Origin: a virus
Taxonomy: Duplodnaviria; Caudoviricetes
Length of the DNA: 63,694 nt
Direction: 5' to 3' (one strand)
IMG/VR virus record: IMGVR_UViG_3300030101_003495
Span: 1-63,694 of that record
In this document: piece by piece, positions 1 to 8,478 of the stretch
Numbering within the stretch: position 1 is the stretch's first letter
Layout: every line of letters starts with the position of its first letter
Translations under genes and position numbers: made by a program
Notes under the pieces: model-generated
What the model was told of the DNA's origin: nothing
Seen by the model: only the letters and a program-made list of their open reading frames with translations
Database searches by the model: none

Positions 1-98
1 AAAGGTACAGGTATAGACGTAGTAACTGGTAAAAAAGTTAATATGATTAAATCTGGAATAATAGACCCGTTGTTAGTTACTAAAAGTGCTTTAAAAAA
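1..98. repeat. Terminal overlap identical to 63596-63693 (circular assembly overlap)
   Basis: Bases 1-98 match 63596-63693 exactly; base 99 (T) differs from the last base (C), a synonymous AAT/AAC change. The overlap lies inside groEL. Confidence 0.95.
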
Positions 99-180
99 TG
101 CTGTATCTGTAGCTACAACAATACTATCAACTGATTGTGTAATTAATAATTTAAGGATCAATGAAGGCGATAGGAAATAA
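1..180 (+). CDS. groEL: Chaperonin GroEL, C-terminal part (continues from 62219 across the circular junction)
   Basis: Frame 1 reads KGTGIDVVTGKKVNMIKSGIIDPLLVTKSALKNAVSVATTILSTDCVI...RK*, the GroEL C-terminal GIIDP..VT..AL.NA motif, in frame with the ORF starting at 62219. Confidence 0.95.
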   Translation, partial: KGTGIDVVTGKKVNMIKSGIIDPLLVTKSALKNAVSVATTILSTDCVINNLRINEGDRK

Positions 181-421
181 TATTATTATAATACCTAAAA
201 AAGTAGTTACTGATAAAACAAAAGGTGGTTTACTTATAATAGAAAAAGATAGAGAAGACTTAAGATATAGAGAAGCTACTATATATTCAGTAAGTGACAG
301 TATAAAAGGTGTTAAAGAAAACGATAAAATATACTATGATAAACATGCTGGTCATGGTATAGAGTTTAATAAAGAAAAATATACGGTTATAAAATTACAA
401 GATATCGTTGTTGTATTATGA
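161..421 (+). CDS. groES: Co-chaperonin GroES
   Basis: MKAIGNNIII..KTKGGLLI...GVKENDKIYY...YTVIKLQDIVVVL fits the Cpn10 pattern; adjacent to groEL. Confidence 0.88.
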   Translation: MKAIGNNIIIIPKKVVTDKTKGGLLIIEKDREDLRYREATIYSVSDSIKGVKENDKIYYDKHAGHGIEFNKEKYTVIKLQDIVVVL

Positions 422-864
422 GAAAACTCAGTGCAAGCGATATTAAAGAACTAAACTTATTTAAACATTATAGATTAGTTCGTAAATGGGCTTGCAGAAA
501 CAATAACTTAAACGATGCAGATTTAGAATTATTAATTTATTTTGACTGTATGGGTTTATTTACTAAGCAAGATTTTAAAATCGGTACTTATGCTTACAGT
601 TGGGACAACAGGCGCTGGAACAAAATGATAAAAAACGATTGGATAGTTGTATGGAGAAATCGTAATAGAACTACACAAAAGTATAATATCTATCAAGTTT
701 CTTTCAAGTGTAAACAACTAATAGCTAGAATGTACCGAATTATGTTAGGCGAAGAAGATGTACCTATAAGTAAAAGAAGAAATAAAATAATGCGAGGACA
801 AACTTACACAGATAAAGTTTTAATCACTGCAATTAAAAATGTTAACAACGATAAACAAAGATAA
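418..864 (+). CDS. Putative winged-helix DNA-binding protein
   Basis: Basic 148 aa; LNDADLELLIY...Y.VS.K pattern is MarR/wHTH-like (inference). Confidence 0.5.
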   Translation: MRKLSASDIKELNLFKHYRLVRKWACRNNNLNDADLELLIYFDCMGLFTKQDFKIGTYAYSWDNRRWNKMIKNDWIVVWRNRNRTTQKYNIYQVSFKCKQLIARMYRIMLGEEDVPISKRRNKIMRGQTYTDKVLITAIKNVNNDKQR

Positions 865-865
865 T

Positions 866-1093
866 ATGAATAACATGAATAAACAAATAGGCGATATAAA
901 TCTAGACGTTATGCCTGATGTTACAGGTAATCAAGCTTTATTTGATGGTCCATTAAAACCTACTTTTTCTGAAGGTATGGCAATGAAAAGTCCTTTAAAA
1001 CAAAATGCTTTTATAGGAGCTATGAGAGCTGCAAAAGAAGAAGGTAAAGATTCTTTTACTGTTGATGGTAAAGAATTTAAAGTTAAAAGCTAA
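866..1093 (+). CDS. Small virion-associated hypothetical protein (SPLK motif)
   Basis: ATG at 866 just after the upstream stop; AF..A...G...FTVDGKEF motif. Confidence 0.6.
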   Translation: MNNMNKQIGDINLDVMPDVTGNQALFDGPLKPTFSEGMAMKSPLKQNAFIGAMRAAKEEGKDSFTVDGKEFKVKS

Positions 1094-1125
1094 GGGGCAG
1101 CAACTAAAACAAAAAAATAAATATT

Positions 1126-1335
1126 ATGAGCAATTCTCCATTTTTACAAAAAGAATTTCCAGAAATAAAAGAAAAAAACAAAGGTAAATTTACTAGGTGG
1201 GTTAAAAAAAATATGCCCGGTAAAAGTACTTGTTCAGCTGCTTCTATTATAATGAAAGCCAAAAAAGGTAAATATAGTAGTGCGGTAAGATCAATGGCTA
1301 ATTATGCTAACAATATGGGATGTAATAAAAAATAA
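1126..1335 (+). CDS. Small basic hypothetical protein (MSNSPF...)
   Basis: ORF track; A-rich leader; operon packing. Confidence 0.7.
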   Translation: MSNSPFLQKEFPEIKEKNKGKFTRWVKKNMPGKSTCSAASIIMKAKKGKYSSAVRSMANYANNMGCNKK

Positions 1336-1337
1336 CT

Positions 1338-1448
1338 ATGGATACTAAAAAATTAAAAACAATATCAGCTGAATTAAAAAAAGCTTCTGCCATGCACAAA
1401 GCTCAAGCTTTAAAAATTGATAAAATGTTAAAATCAATAAAAAAATAA
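1338..1448 (+). CDS. 36-aa basic helical protein (MDTKKLKTISAELKKASAMHKAQ...)
   Basis: Fills the gap exactly between neighbouring ORFs; below the ORF-track length cutoff. Confidence 0.65.
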   Translation: MDTKKLKTISAELKKASAMHKAQALKIDKMLKSIKK

Positions 1449-1453
1449 ATATT

Positions 1454-1678
1454 ATGCACGAAGATAAGGCGTATAACAAAGCAAGTAAAAATAAAAAAGT
1501 AGGTATAGTAGGAGAAACTCACATATGGGACGGACCGTTAAATCAAACTGGTAGATCTCACGCATCTGGTGATAGTTCTGGAATAACAGGTATGGAAGTA
1601 TCTAAATATCCACAATCTCGTACTGAAATGCAAGTTAAATATCCTATAACAGCGTTAGCTCAAGGTAAAAAAATTTAA
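1454..1678 (+). CDS. Hypothetical protein
   Basis: ORF track; operon packing. Confidence 0.7.
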   Translation: MHEDKAYNKASKNKKVGIVGETHIWDGPLNQTGRSHASGDSSGITGMEVSKYPQSRTEMQVKYPITALAQGKKI

Positions 1679-1679
1679 C

Positions 1680-1832
1680 ATGAGTGTATCAGATATAAAA
1701 TTACTCGCAATAAACGGGTTAGCTTTAGCTATTTCTATGACACATCTAGAGATTTCATTAAAAATTATACTTTTACTAGTAACTATTGGATATACAATAT
1801 CTAAGTGGGTAAAACTTAAGGAAAAGAAGTAA
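1680..1832 (+). CDS. 50-aa membrane protein, possible holin
   Basis: MSVSDIKLLAINGLALAISMTHLEISLKIILLLVTIGYTISKWVKLKEKK: two hydrophobic segments and a basic tail. Confidence 0.6.
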   Translation: MSVSDIKLLAINGLALAISMTHLEISLKIILLLVTIGYTISKWVKLKEKK

Positions 1833-1836
1833 TAAT
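1809..1836 (+). promoter_or_regulatory. Class-2 phage promoter candidate (GTAAA-N15-GTAATAAT)
   Basis: The same bipartite spacing recurs at 22005, 44472 (-), 51181 and 61832, each upstream of a gene. Confidence 0.55.
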
Positions 1837-1848
1837 TAAACTATACAT

Positions 1849-2136
1849 ATGCCAACTAATAGTCCGCTAAAAATTACAGAAAAATCTTACGAAAAACAAA
1901 ATAGAAAAATGCGTAAGGAGTATACGTCTGAAACTGGTAAAAAACTAGGATCTAGACAAACTTCAGGTACTGGTAAACGAAGAGTTTCTTTTGCTTGTAG
2001 ATTTGGAGGTATGGCAGGTGCTTTAAAAAATAAAAAAGGAGATCCCACTAAATTAAAAATGGCTTTAAAAAAATGGGGTTTTGGTAGTAAAGAAGCTGCT
2101 AGAAATTTTTGTAATAAACATAAAAATAAAAAATAA
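1849..2136 (+). CDS. Small basic hypothetical protein (RRVSFACRF.GM family-like)
   Basis: ORF track; N-terminal MPTNSPLK. Confidence 0.75.
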   Translation: MPTNSPLKITEKSYEKQNRKMRKEYTSETGKKLGSRQTSGTGKRRVSFACRFGGMAGALKNKKGDPTKLKMALKKWGFGSKEAARNFCNKHKNKK

Positions 2137-2369
2137 TGGAAAAAGGACACTTTGGTAAATACACAGGTAATGCTAGACATTCTCATACACCTGTAACAAC
2201 ACACAACGTACACGCTGCAGAACGTGATGATGCGGCGCATATTTCTTATTTAAAAAGAGATATTGATTATGATTCAAAACATAATAAAAGTGATATAGAT
2301 ATGACAGCTGATGAAAAACATATTTCTAAATTAGCTGGTGATATTAAATATGACAAAAAACATCACTAA
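2136..2369 (+). CDS. His/Asp-rich hypothetical protein
   Basis: Repeated D..HIS.L..DI.YD motif; TAATG coupling to the upstream gene. Confidence 0.7.
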   Translation: MEKGHFGKYTGNARHSHTPVTTHNVHAAERDDAAHISYLKRDIDYDSKHNKSDIDMTADEKHISKLAGDIKYDKKHH

Positions 2370-2416
2370 ACAATTGCACAAACAAACGACAAACTAAAAA
2401 CTAAAAACTAAAAACA

Positions 2417-2803
2417 ATGGCAAAATTTATAAAATTTAAATGTATAAACAATGCAGCTGTTGCTCCATTAGGACCAATCAACAGCGTGCTTGTAAATGTA
2501 GAAGATATAACAACAGTAACAGCAACAGGTGCTACAGGTGCTAATGCTAAAACAGTTGTTATAGGATTAACTGGAAGAGCTGCGCAAGCTGCTGGTTATC
2601 AAACATTAACATTATCAGTATCCACTTCAACTGGCTCTGCTGTAAACCCAACACTAGTAAGTGGACAAGACAATCCACTAGTAGGAGCAGTAAGAGGCGC
2701 TATGACATCAAACCCAGGAGGTGTAGTTACTACTTGCTCTCTAGGAAATGATCAAGCAGCAACACCTGTACAAATGTACTGGAGAACAGCTACTTATGCA
2801 TAA
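2417..2803 (+). CDS. Putative virion structural protein
   Basis: A/T/G/V-rich composition; leader with (CTAAAAA)x3. Confidence 0.7.
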   Translation: MAKFIKFKCINNAAVAPLGPINSVLVNVEDITTVTATGATGANAKTVVIGLTGRAAQAAGYQTLTLSVSTSTGSAVNPTLVSGQDNPLVGAVRGAMTSNPGGVVTTCSLGNDQAATPVQMYWRTATYA

Positions 2804-2954
2804 AAGTATTGGTTTCGGCGATACAGTAGAGAAATTTACTAGAAAAACTGGAATCAAAACTATTGTTGATCACGTATCACAGGGACTTAATATTCCCTGT
2901 GGTTGTGAACAACGTAAAAATGTATTGAACAAAATGTTTCCTTATAAAAAATAA
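2796..2954 (+). CDS. Small CGC-motif hypothetical protein
   Basis: MHKSIGFGDTVEKFT...PCGCEQRK..LN..FPY; ATG at 2796 preferred. Confidence 0.7.
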   Translation: MHKSIGFGDTVEKFTRKTGIKTIVDHVSQGLNIPCGCEQRKNVLNKMFPYKK

Positions 2955-2955
2955 A

Positions 2956-3264
2956 ATGGCTTTTAAAATTAAACCACCTTATGTGATTGATAATACACCA
3001 TTGTATCATCTTGATTTTGAAGAAGATGGTTTACTTGGTAGAGCTGATAAAAACGGAAGCATATTAATAAATAAAAACATAACAGACCCCAAACAGAAAG
3101 CAAGCGTAATACGTCATGAAAAAGTACATCTTAATGATATGAAAAAAGGTATACTAGATTATGATGATAAAAACGTTTACTGGAAAGGTAAAAAATATCC
3201 TCGTTCTTCATTTAATGAGGGTAATAAAAATTTACCTTGGGAAAAAAAAGCTTATAACGCATAA
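2956..3264 (+). CDS. Small zincin-like metallopeptidase
   Basis: HExxH (IRHEKVH) plus downstream PWE..AY. Confidence 0.65.
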   Translation: MAFKIKPPYVIDNTPLYHLDFEEDGLLGRADKNGSILINKNITDPKQKASVIRHEKVHLNDMKKGILDYDDKNVYWKGKKYPRSSFNEGNKNLPWEKKAYNA

Positions 3265-3274
3265 AATAAATAAA

Positions 3275-3796
3275 ATGGGATACGGTAATAAATCAGTAAG
3301 TGGAATACATCCAATACTAAAACACATGAATAAATTAGGAGGTAATCCTGAAATTAAATATGATCCAATTGCACATGATGAAAAAGGCATGGGTAGAGGT
3401 GGAAAACTAGGTACAGCAGAATATGGTAAAATGAAAGATGGTATGGGGGCGTATGGTAAAATGAAAGATGGTATGCCTGCATATGGTCACGGTAAAGACA
3501 AAGGAATGCCTGGTTATAAAAGTGATGCACAAAGAAAAGCAGTTCACGCATCAAAAGCAGAAAAAGGATCTGCTGCATATGGTAAGAAAAGTTATGGTAT
3601 GCCTAAACATGGTAAAATGCATGGTGAAGGTATGCCTAAACATGGTAAAATGCATAATGACGGTATGGCAGCTTATTATGGTAAAAAAAGCAAAGGAATG
3701 CCTAAACACGGTAAAATTCACAAAAAAGACACTGGTAAAGGATACAGTGTAATGACAGACTCTAAAGGAGTTAAAGTGAATATTAAAAATAAATAG
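3275..3796 (+). CDS. G/K/M/H-rich repeat protein, probable internal head protein
   Basis: YGKMKDGM x2, GMPKHGK x3 and a YKSDAQRKAVHAS motif; ATG at 3275 preferred over 3161. Confidence 0.7.
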   Translation: MGYGNKSVSGIHPILKHMNKLGGNPEIKYDPIAHDEKGMGRGGKLGTAEYGKMKDGMGAYGKMKDGMPAYGHGKDKGMPGYKSDAQRKAVHASKAEKGSAAYGKKSYGMPKHGKMHGEGMPKHGKMHNDGMAAYYGKKSKGMPKHGKIHKKDTGKGYSVMTDSKGVKVNIKNK

Positions 3797-4176
3797 TGTT
3801 TAAATTATTACTAGGCCTTTTAGGTAAAGGTAACGGAAATAAATCTGTTGCTGGCGGTTTGGCTTGGGAAATAAGAGAAGCAATAAAAGGTAAGGAATTA
3901 GATCCTGAAAAATTAATAGAATTACAGACTAAGATAAATGCAGTAGAAGCCCAGCATAGAACATTGTTTGTTGCTGGATGGAGACCATTTATTGGGTGGA
4001 TATGCGGCGTAGCACTAGCATATAATTTTGTTGTAAGAGACTTGATTATATGGTTAACACCTACTTTCGAAACTCCACCCGCCTTACAAATGGATCACTT
4101 AATGACAGTACTTTTAGGTATGTTAGGTTTAGGTGGTCTTAGAACTTATGAAAAAATAAAAGATAAAGTAAAATAA
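3796..4176 (+). CDS. Holin (3TM, GTA-holin-like)
   Basis: GWRPFIGW motif, TM segments and LGMLGLGGLRTYEK C-terminus. Confidence 0.8.
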   Translation: MFKLLLGLLGKGNGNKSVAGGLAWEIREAIKGKELDPEKLIELQTKINAVEAQHRTLFVAGWRPFIGWICGVALAYNFVVRDLIIWLTPTFETPPALQMDHLMTVLLGMLGLGGLRTYEKIKDKVK

Positions 4177-4185
4177 AAAATAATT

Positions 4186-4923
4186 ATGTATCAAAAAAGT
4201 CAAGACGATGTTTTTACTGATGCAGTTGATGTTACGTTGTCAGCTACATTACGAGCGCCGGGCGCATCAGCCGCAGGTATACCATCTGGTCAATTTACAG
4301 ATACCACAGCTAATATAGCTGCAACAGCTCAAAAAGTTATTGCTTTTGCTTCAGGTGGAACTTTTTTAGGTTCTGCAATACCAAGTACTAAAGGTACTGG
4401 TGGTGCTCCCGCATTAGCAGATACAGCATCACAAATGACTAGAACTGGTGCTTCATATGAAATAGAAACAAGTGCGCTTGGAGCAATTACAAATGTAAGA
4501 GTAGTACAAACAAGACCTGCTGGAGCAACAAGCGCTCCTGAAAACCCAGGGGCTGGACCTAATTTAGGAGCCAATACACAGACTATTGTTTTTGATGCGG
4601 CTTCATTAAATAAAGCTTTTGGTCAAACTAATATTACAGGTAGTTTATCTATAGCTTTAGCTGGAACTGATTTACAACCACCAACTAGTGGTACTGATGC
4701 TGGTACTGATGGTGTTTATGAAGCTGATCCTCAATCAAATGGTAGTTTTGGATTATATGTAGGTGGAACTGGTGATATTAAATTAGAATTAGTTGGAGCA
4801 GTTACAAATCAAACAGTTACTATTAAAAGTATTCCTGCTGGAACAATACTTCCTTTACAAGCTAGAAAAATTTTAATTGGTGACGCTGCAACTACTGCTA
4901 CTGAAATATTAGCATTATATTAA
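4186..4923 (+). CDS. Putative virion structural protein
   Basis: C-terminal LYVGGTGDI...AGTILP.....TTAT.I.ALY module common in phage virion proteins; A/T/G-rich insert. Confidence 0.65.
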   Translation: MYQKSQDDVFTDAVDVTLSATLRAPGASAAGIPSGQFTDTTANIAATAQKVIAFASGGTFLGSAIPSTKGTGGAPALADTASQMTRTGASYEIETSALGAITNVRVVQTRPAGATSAPENPGAGPNLGANTQTIVFDAASLNKAFGQTNITGSLSIALAGTDLQPPTSGTDAGTDGVYEADPQSNGSFGLYVGGTGDIKLELVGAVTNQTVTIKSIPAGTILPLQARKILIGDAATTATEILALY

Positions 4924-4947
4924 TAAATTAAATTTAAATTAAATCAA

Positions 4948-5217
4948 ATGAAAAAAGTAGAATCAAAAGCCGAGGAGGCTAAAACACAAATTACTGAAGA
5001 ACAATTATCTAAGATACAAAAACAGCAAGAAATTTTAGCTGGTCTATTAAGAGATATAGGTTTTTTAGAAGGACAAAAACATGGTTTATGTCATAAGTAT
5101 GCTGGAGCAGTTCAGGATATGGATGATTTTAAACTAGAACTTGAAAAAGAATATGGTGCTGTTAATATTAATTTAGAAGATGGTACTTATACACCTATAG
5201 AAGAAAAAAGTGAGTAG
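4948..5217 (+). CDS. Coiled-coil hypothetical protein
   Basis: ORF track; LEKEYG.VNINL.DGT motif. Confidence 0.7.
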   Translation: MKKVESKAEEAKTQITEEQLSKIQKQQEILAGLLRDIGFLEGQKHGLCHKYAGAVQDMDDFKLELEKEYGAVNINLEDGTYTPIEEKSE

Positions 5218-5437
5218 TGTAATAAGAAAAATTAGCATAGGAGCTGATTATAAAAATGACGCTATGCATTATGCTATAGGACAGCAAGTGTATGGCGGTC
5301 ATACTATATCTCATATATTATATAATGAAGAAGAGTTTTCTTATAATATATTTATTAAAAAAGAAGACGAGGTATTACCTTGGAAAAAATTTAATTCCAA
5401 TATGGCTATATCGGTTGAATATGATTTAGAATACTAA
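5210..5437 (+). CDS. Hypothetical protein
   Basis: GTG start overlapping the upstream gene; operon packing. Confidence 0.7.
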   Translation: MSSVIRKISIGADYKNDAMHYAIGQQVYGGHTISHILYNEEEFSYNIFIKKEDEVLPWKKFNSNMAISVEYDLEY

Positions 5438-6051
5438 TGAACAGTGTTTATGATTTTATTATAAAACCATTAGGTGAAAGATATAATAACAAAGTAAATA
5501 TTGATAATAAAGAATTAATTATTAATTCTAGTATTTCAGATCATAAATTTGTTAATAGGCTTGCCAAAGTAGTTAGTATCCCATTAGCTATAAAAACAAA
5601 TATTAAAATAAACGATATAGTTGTAGTACATCATAATTTATTTAGACGTTATTATAACATGAAAGGAAAATCTGTAAATGGTTCTAAATATTTTAAAGAT
5701 GATTTATACTTTGCCTCAGAGTCACAAATATATTTATATAATAATGGTATTTGGAATACAAATAAAGATTTTTGTTTTATAAAGCCATTACAAGAAAATA
5801 ATGAGTTTAGTGTTGAAAAAGTAAAAAAGAATGTTGGTATACTAAAGTATGGTAATAGTTCATTAGAAGTGCTAGGAATAACTACAGGAGATGTTGTTGG
5901 GTTTAAATCTAACAGAGAGTTTGAGTTTGTGGTTGATAAGCAGCTTTTATATTGTATGGAATCAAATGATATTTTAATTAAGTATGAACACGAAGAAAAC
6001 CAAAGAGAGTATAATCCAGGCTGGGCAGAAAGCGGTAGAAGAATTAATTAA
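5437..6051 (+). CDS. Tandem GroES-like domain protein
   Basis: Two F.IKPL...V...G...GD.V-type beta-barrel units (inference). Confidence 0.55.
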   Translation: MNSVYDFIIKPLGERYNNKVNIDNKELIINSSISDHKFVNRLAKVVSIPLAIKTNIKINDIVVVHHNLFRRYYNMKGKSVNGSKYFKDDLYFASESQIYLYNNGIWNTNKDFCFIKPLQENNEFSVEKVKKNVGILKYGNSSLEVLGITTGDVVGFKSNREFEFVVDKQLLYCMESNDILIKYEHEENQREYNPGWAESGRRIN

Positions 6052-6256
6052 AGTAGCTAAAGAAGCAATAGTTGATTCTGATGATGATATTTCTGCAGAC
6101 AGATTAAAAAACGCAGCTGCTACAAAAAAATTAGCTATATTTGATGCTTTTGAAATACTTAACCGTATAGAAGAAGAAGAGAATATGTTAAAAGAAACTA
6201 GTAAAAAAGATAAAGGAGCAAGCTTTAAAGGTTTTGCAGAAAATAGATCTAAATAA
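5984..6256 (+). CDS. Putative terminase small subunit
   Basis: Helical 90-aa protein directly upstream of, and coupled to, terL. Confidence 0.5.
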   Translation: MNTKKTKESIIQAGQKAVEELIKVAKEAIVDSDDDISADRLKNAAATKKLAIFDAFEILNRIEEEENMLKETSKKDKGASFKGFAENRSK

Positions 6257-8478
6257 TGTATAAGCAAACTCTTTATAAAATTTTACCTAATCATATAAAA
6301 TCTAAAATACTTAAAAAAAATAACAGGTATAAAAAATGGGAAGCAGGTTATAATGAAGAACACGATGTTGTTATTATTAGTAAGAGTGGTAAGATTGGTG
6401 AAATATATGAAATACAAGGTCTTAAAATTGCGCTTCCATTATTAGAAGATGTTTATAAAAGATCAGATAAAAAAGAAGAACAGTATTGGGAGGTAAAAGA
6501 ATATCCTAAACAATTAGATAAAATTAAAACTGTATTTGATTGGAATAATTATCCTGCTCAATTTAAAGATAAATGGTATGACTATATTGATGAAGAGTTT
6601 AAAAGGCGTGAACAAGGCTTTTGGTTCTATAACAAAGGTATTCCTAGTTATATTACTGGTTCTCATTATATGTACTTGCAGTGGACCAAGATTGATGTTG
6701 GGCACCCAGAGTTCAGGGAATCTAACAGAATTTTCTTCATATTTTGGGAAGCCTGCAAACTTGATTCTCGATCCTATGGACTGTGCTATCTTAAGAATAG
6801 ACGATCCGGTTTTTCTTTCATGGCATCTTCAGAGCTTGTACACCAGGCCACTATATCCTCAGATTCCAGATATGGTATACTTTCGAAGAGTGGAGCTGAT
6901 GCGAAGAAGATGTTTACCGATAAGGTGGTACCAATCTCCGTTAATTACCCCTTTTTTTTTAGACCCATACAGGACGGTATGGACAGGCCCAAAACGGAAC
7001 TTGCCTACAGAGTACCGGCGTCCAAACTTACCCGTAAGAAACTTGATCAGAACGAACGTGCCGAGGACCTCGTCGGGCTTGACACGACCATCGATTGGAA
7101 GAACACGGGGGACAACTCGTACGATGGGGAGAAGCTCAAACTTCTCGCCCATGACGAATCGGGCAAATGGGAGAGGCCGGACAACATCCTCAATAACTGG
7201 AGGGTTACAAAAACAACATTAAGATTAGGTAGTAGAATAATAGGTAGATGCATGATGGGTTCAACGTCCAATGCATTAGATAAAGGAGGTGCTAATTTTA
7301 AAAAACTATATGATGCGTCAGACGTTACAAAAAGAAACAGAAATGGACAGACTAATTCAGGACTATATAGTTTGTTCATACCTATGGAATGGAATTACGA
7401 AGGATACATCGATACTCATGGATTTCCTGTATTCGAAACTCCGAAAAAAGCGGTTAGAAGTATCGATGGCGGAGAAATTAAAATCGGTGTCATCTCACAT
7501 TGGGAAAACGAAGTAGAAGGTTTAAAAAATGACCAAGACGGTTTAAATGAATTTTATCGTCAGTTTCCAAGAACTGAAAAACATGCTTTTAGAGATGAAG
7601 CAAAACAATCTTTATTTAATCTAACTAAGATTTATGAACAAATAGATTATAACGAAGATTTAAAAAACACAAATATCCTTACAAAAGGAAGTTTTCAATG
7701 GGAAAATGGTGTAAAAGATACAAGAGTGATATTTGTTCCAAACAATAATGGCAGGTTTTTAGTATCTTGGATACCACCAGTTAATTTACAAAATAAATAT
7801 ATAATTAAAAATGGTATTAGGTATCCTGGAAATGATCATACTGGTGCTTTTGGCTGTGATAGTTATGATATCTCTGGTACAGTAGATGGTAGAGGCTCTA
7901 AAGGAGCTTTGCATGGTTTAACTAAATTTTCTATGGAGGATGTTCCTCCAAATAGTTTTTTCTTAGAATATATAGCTAGACCACAAACAGCTGAAATATT
8001 TTTTGAAGATGTTTTAATGGCTATATCTTTTTATGGTATGCCATTACTTGCAGAAAATAACAAACCAAGATTATTATATTATTTAAAAAGAAGAGGTTAC
8101 AGAGGTTATTCTATGAATAGACCAGATAAAGTTTATAATAAATTATCTGTTACAGAAAGAGAAATAGGTGGAATACCTAATACAAGTGAAGATATTAAAC
8201 AAGCACATGCTGCTGCTATTGAAGATTATATTGAAAACTTTGTTGGTTTAATTACTACAGGTTATGGAGATATGTATTTTCAAAACACATTAGACGACTG
8301 GGCAAAGTTTAATATAAACAATAGAACTAAGCATGACGCTTCAATAAGCTCTGGTTTAGCTATAATGGCTTGTAATAAAAACAGGTATACACCTCACGCT
8401 AAAAGAAATATATCATCAGTTCCTTTAAAGTTTAAGTCATATGATAATAAAGGATATAATTCAAAAATAATCACATAA
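6256..8478 (+). CDS. terL: Terminase large subunit
   Basis: Walker A-like KNRRSGFS, Walker B LAHDESGK, motif III MGST, nuclease GCDSYD and HDASIS. Confidence 0.92.
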   Translation: MYKQTLYKILPNHIKSKILKKNNRYKKWEAGYNEEHDVVIISKSGKIGEIYEIQGLKIALPLLEDVYKRSDKKEEQYWEVKEYPKQLDKIKTVFDWNNYPAQFKDKWYDYIDEEFKRREQGFWFYNKGIPSYITGSHYMYLQWTKIDVGHPEFRESNRIFFIFWEACKLDSRSYGLCYLKNRRSGFSFMASSELVHQATISSDSRYGILSKSGADAKKMFTDKVVPISVNYPFFFRPIQDGMDRPKTELAYRVPASKLTRKKLDQNERAEDLVGLDTTIDWKNTGDNSYDGEKLKLLAHDESGKWERPDNILNNWRVTKTTLRLGSRIIGRCMMGSTSNALDKGGANFKKLYDASDVTKRNRNGQTNSGLYSLFIPMEWNYEGYIDTHGFPVFETPKKAVRSIDGGEIKIGVISHWENEVEGLKNDQDGLNEFYRQFPRTEKHAFRDEAKQSLFNLTKIYEQIDYNEDLKNTNILTKGSFQWENGVKDTRVIFVPNNNGRFLVSWIPPVNLQNKYIIKNGIRYPGNDHTGAFGCDSYDISGTVDGRGSKGALHGLTKFSMEDVPPNSFFLEYIARPQTAEIFFEDVLMAISFYGMPLLAENNKPRLLYYLKRRGYRGYSMNRPDKVYNKLSVTEREIGGIPNTSEDIKQAHAAAIEDYIENFVGLITTGYGDMYFQNTLDDWAKFNINNRTKHDASISSGLAIMACNKNRYTPHAKRNISSVPLKFKSYDNKGYNSKIIT

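Noticed and set aside
6536-6700. Lipoprotein/spanin-like signal (KVFLVILLVLIICTC) in the terL +1 frame
   Set aside because: T-ending codons make +1 frames Leu/Ile/Val-rich, and the start is TTG with no other support; only the GC-rich part is kept as a finding.
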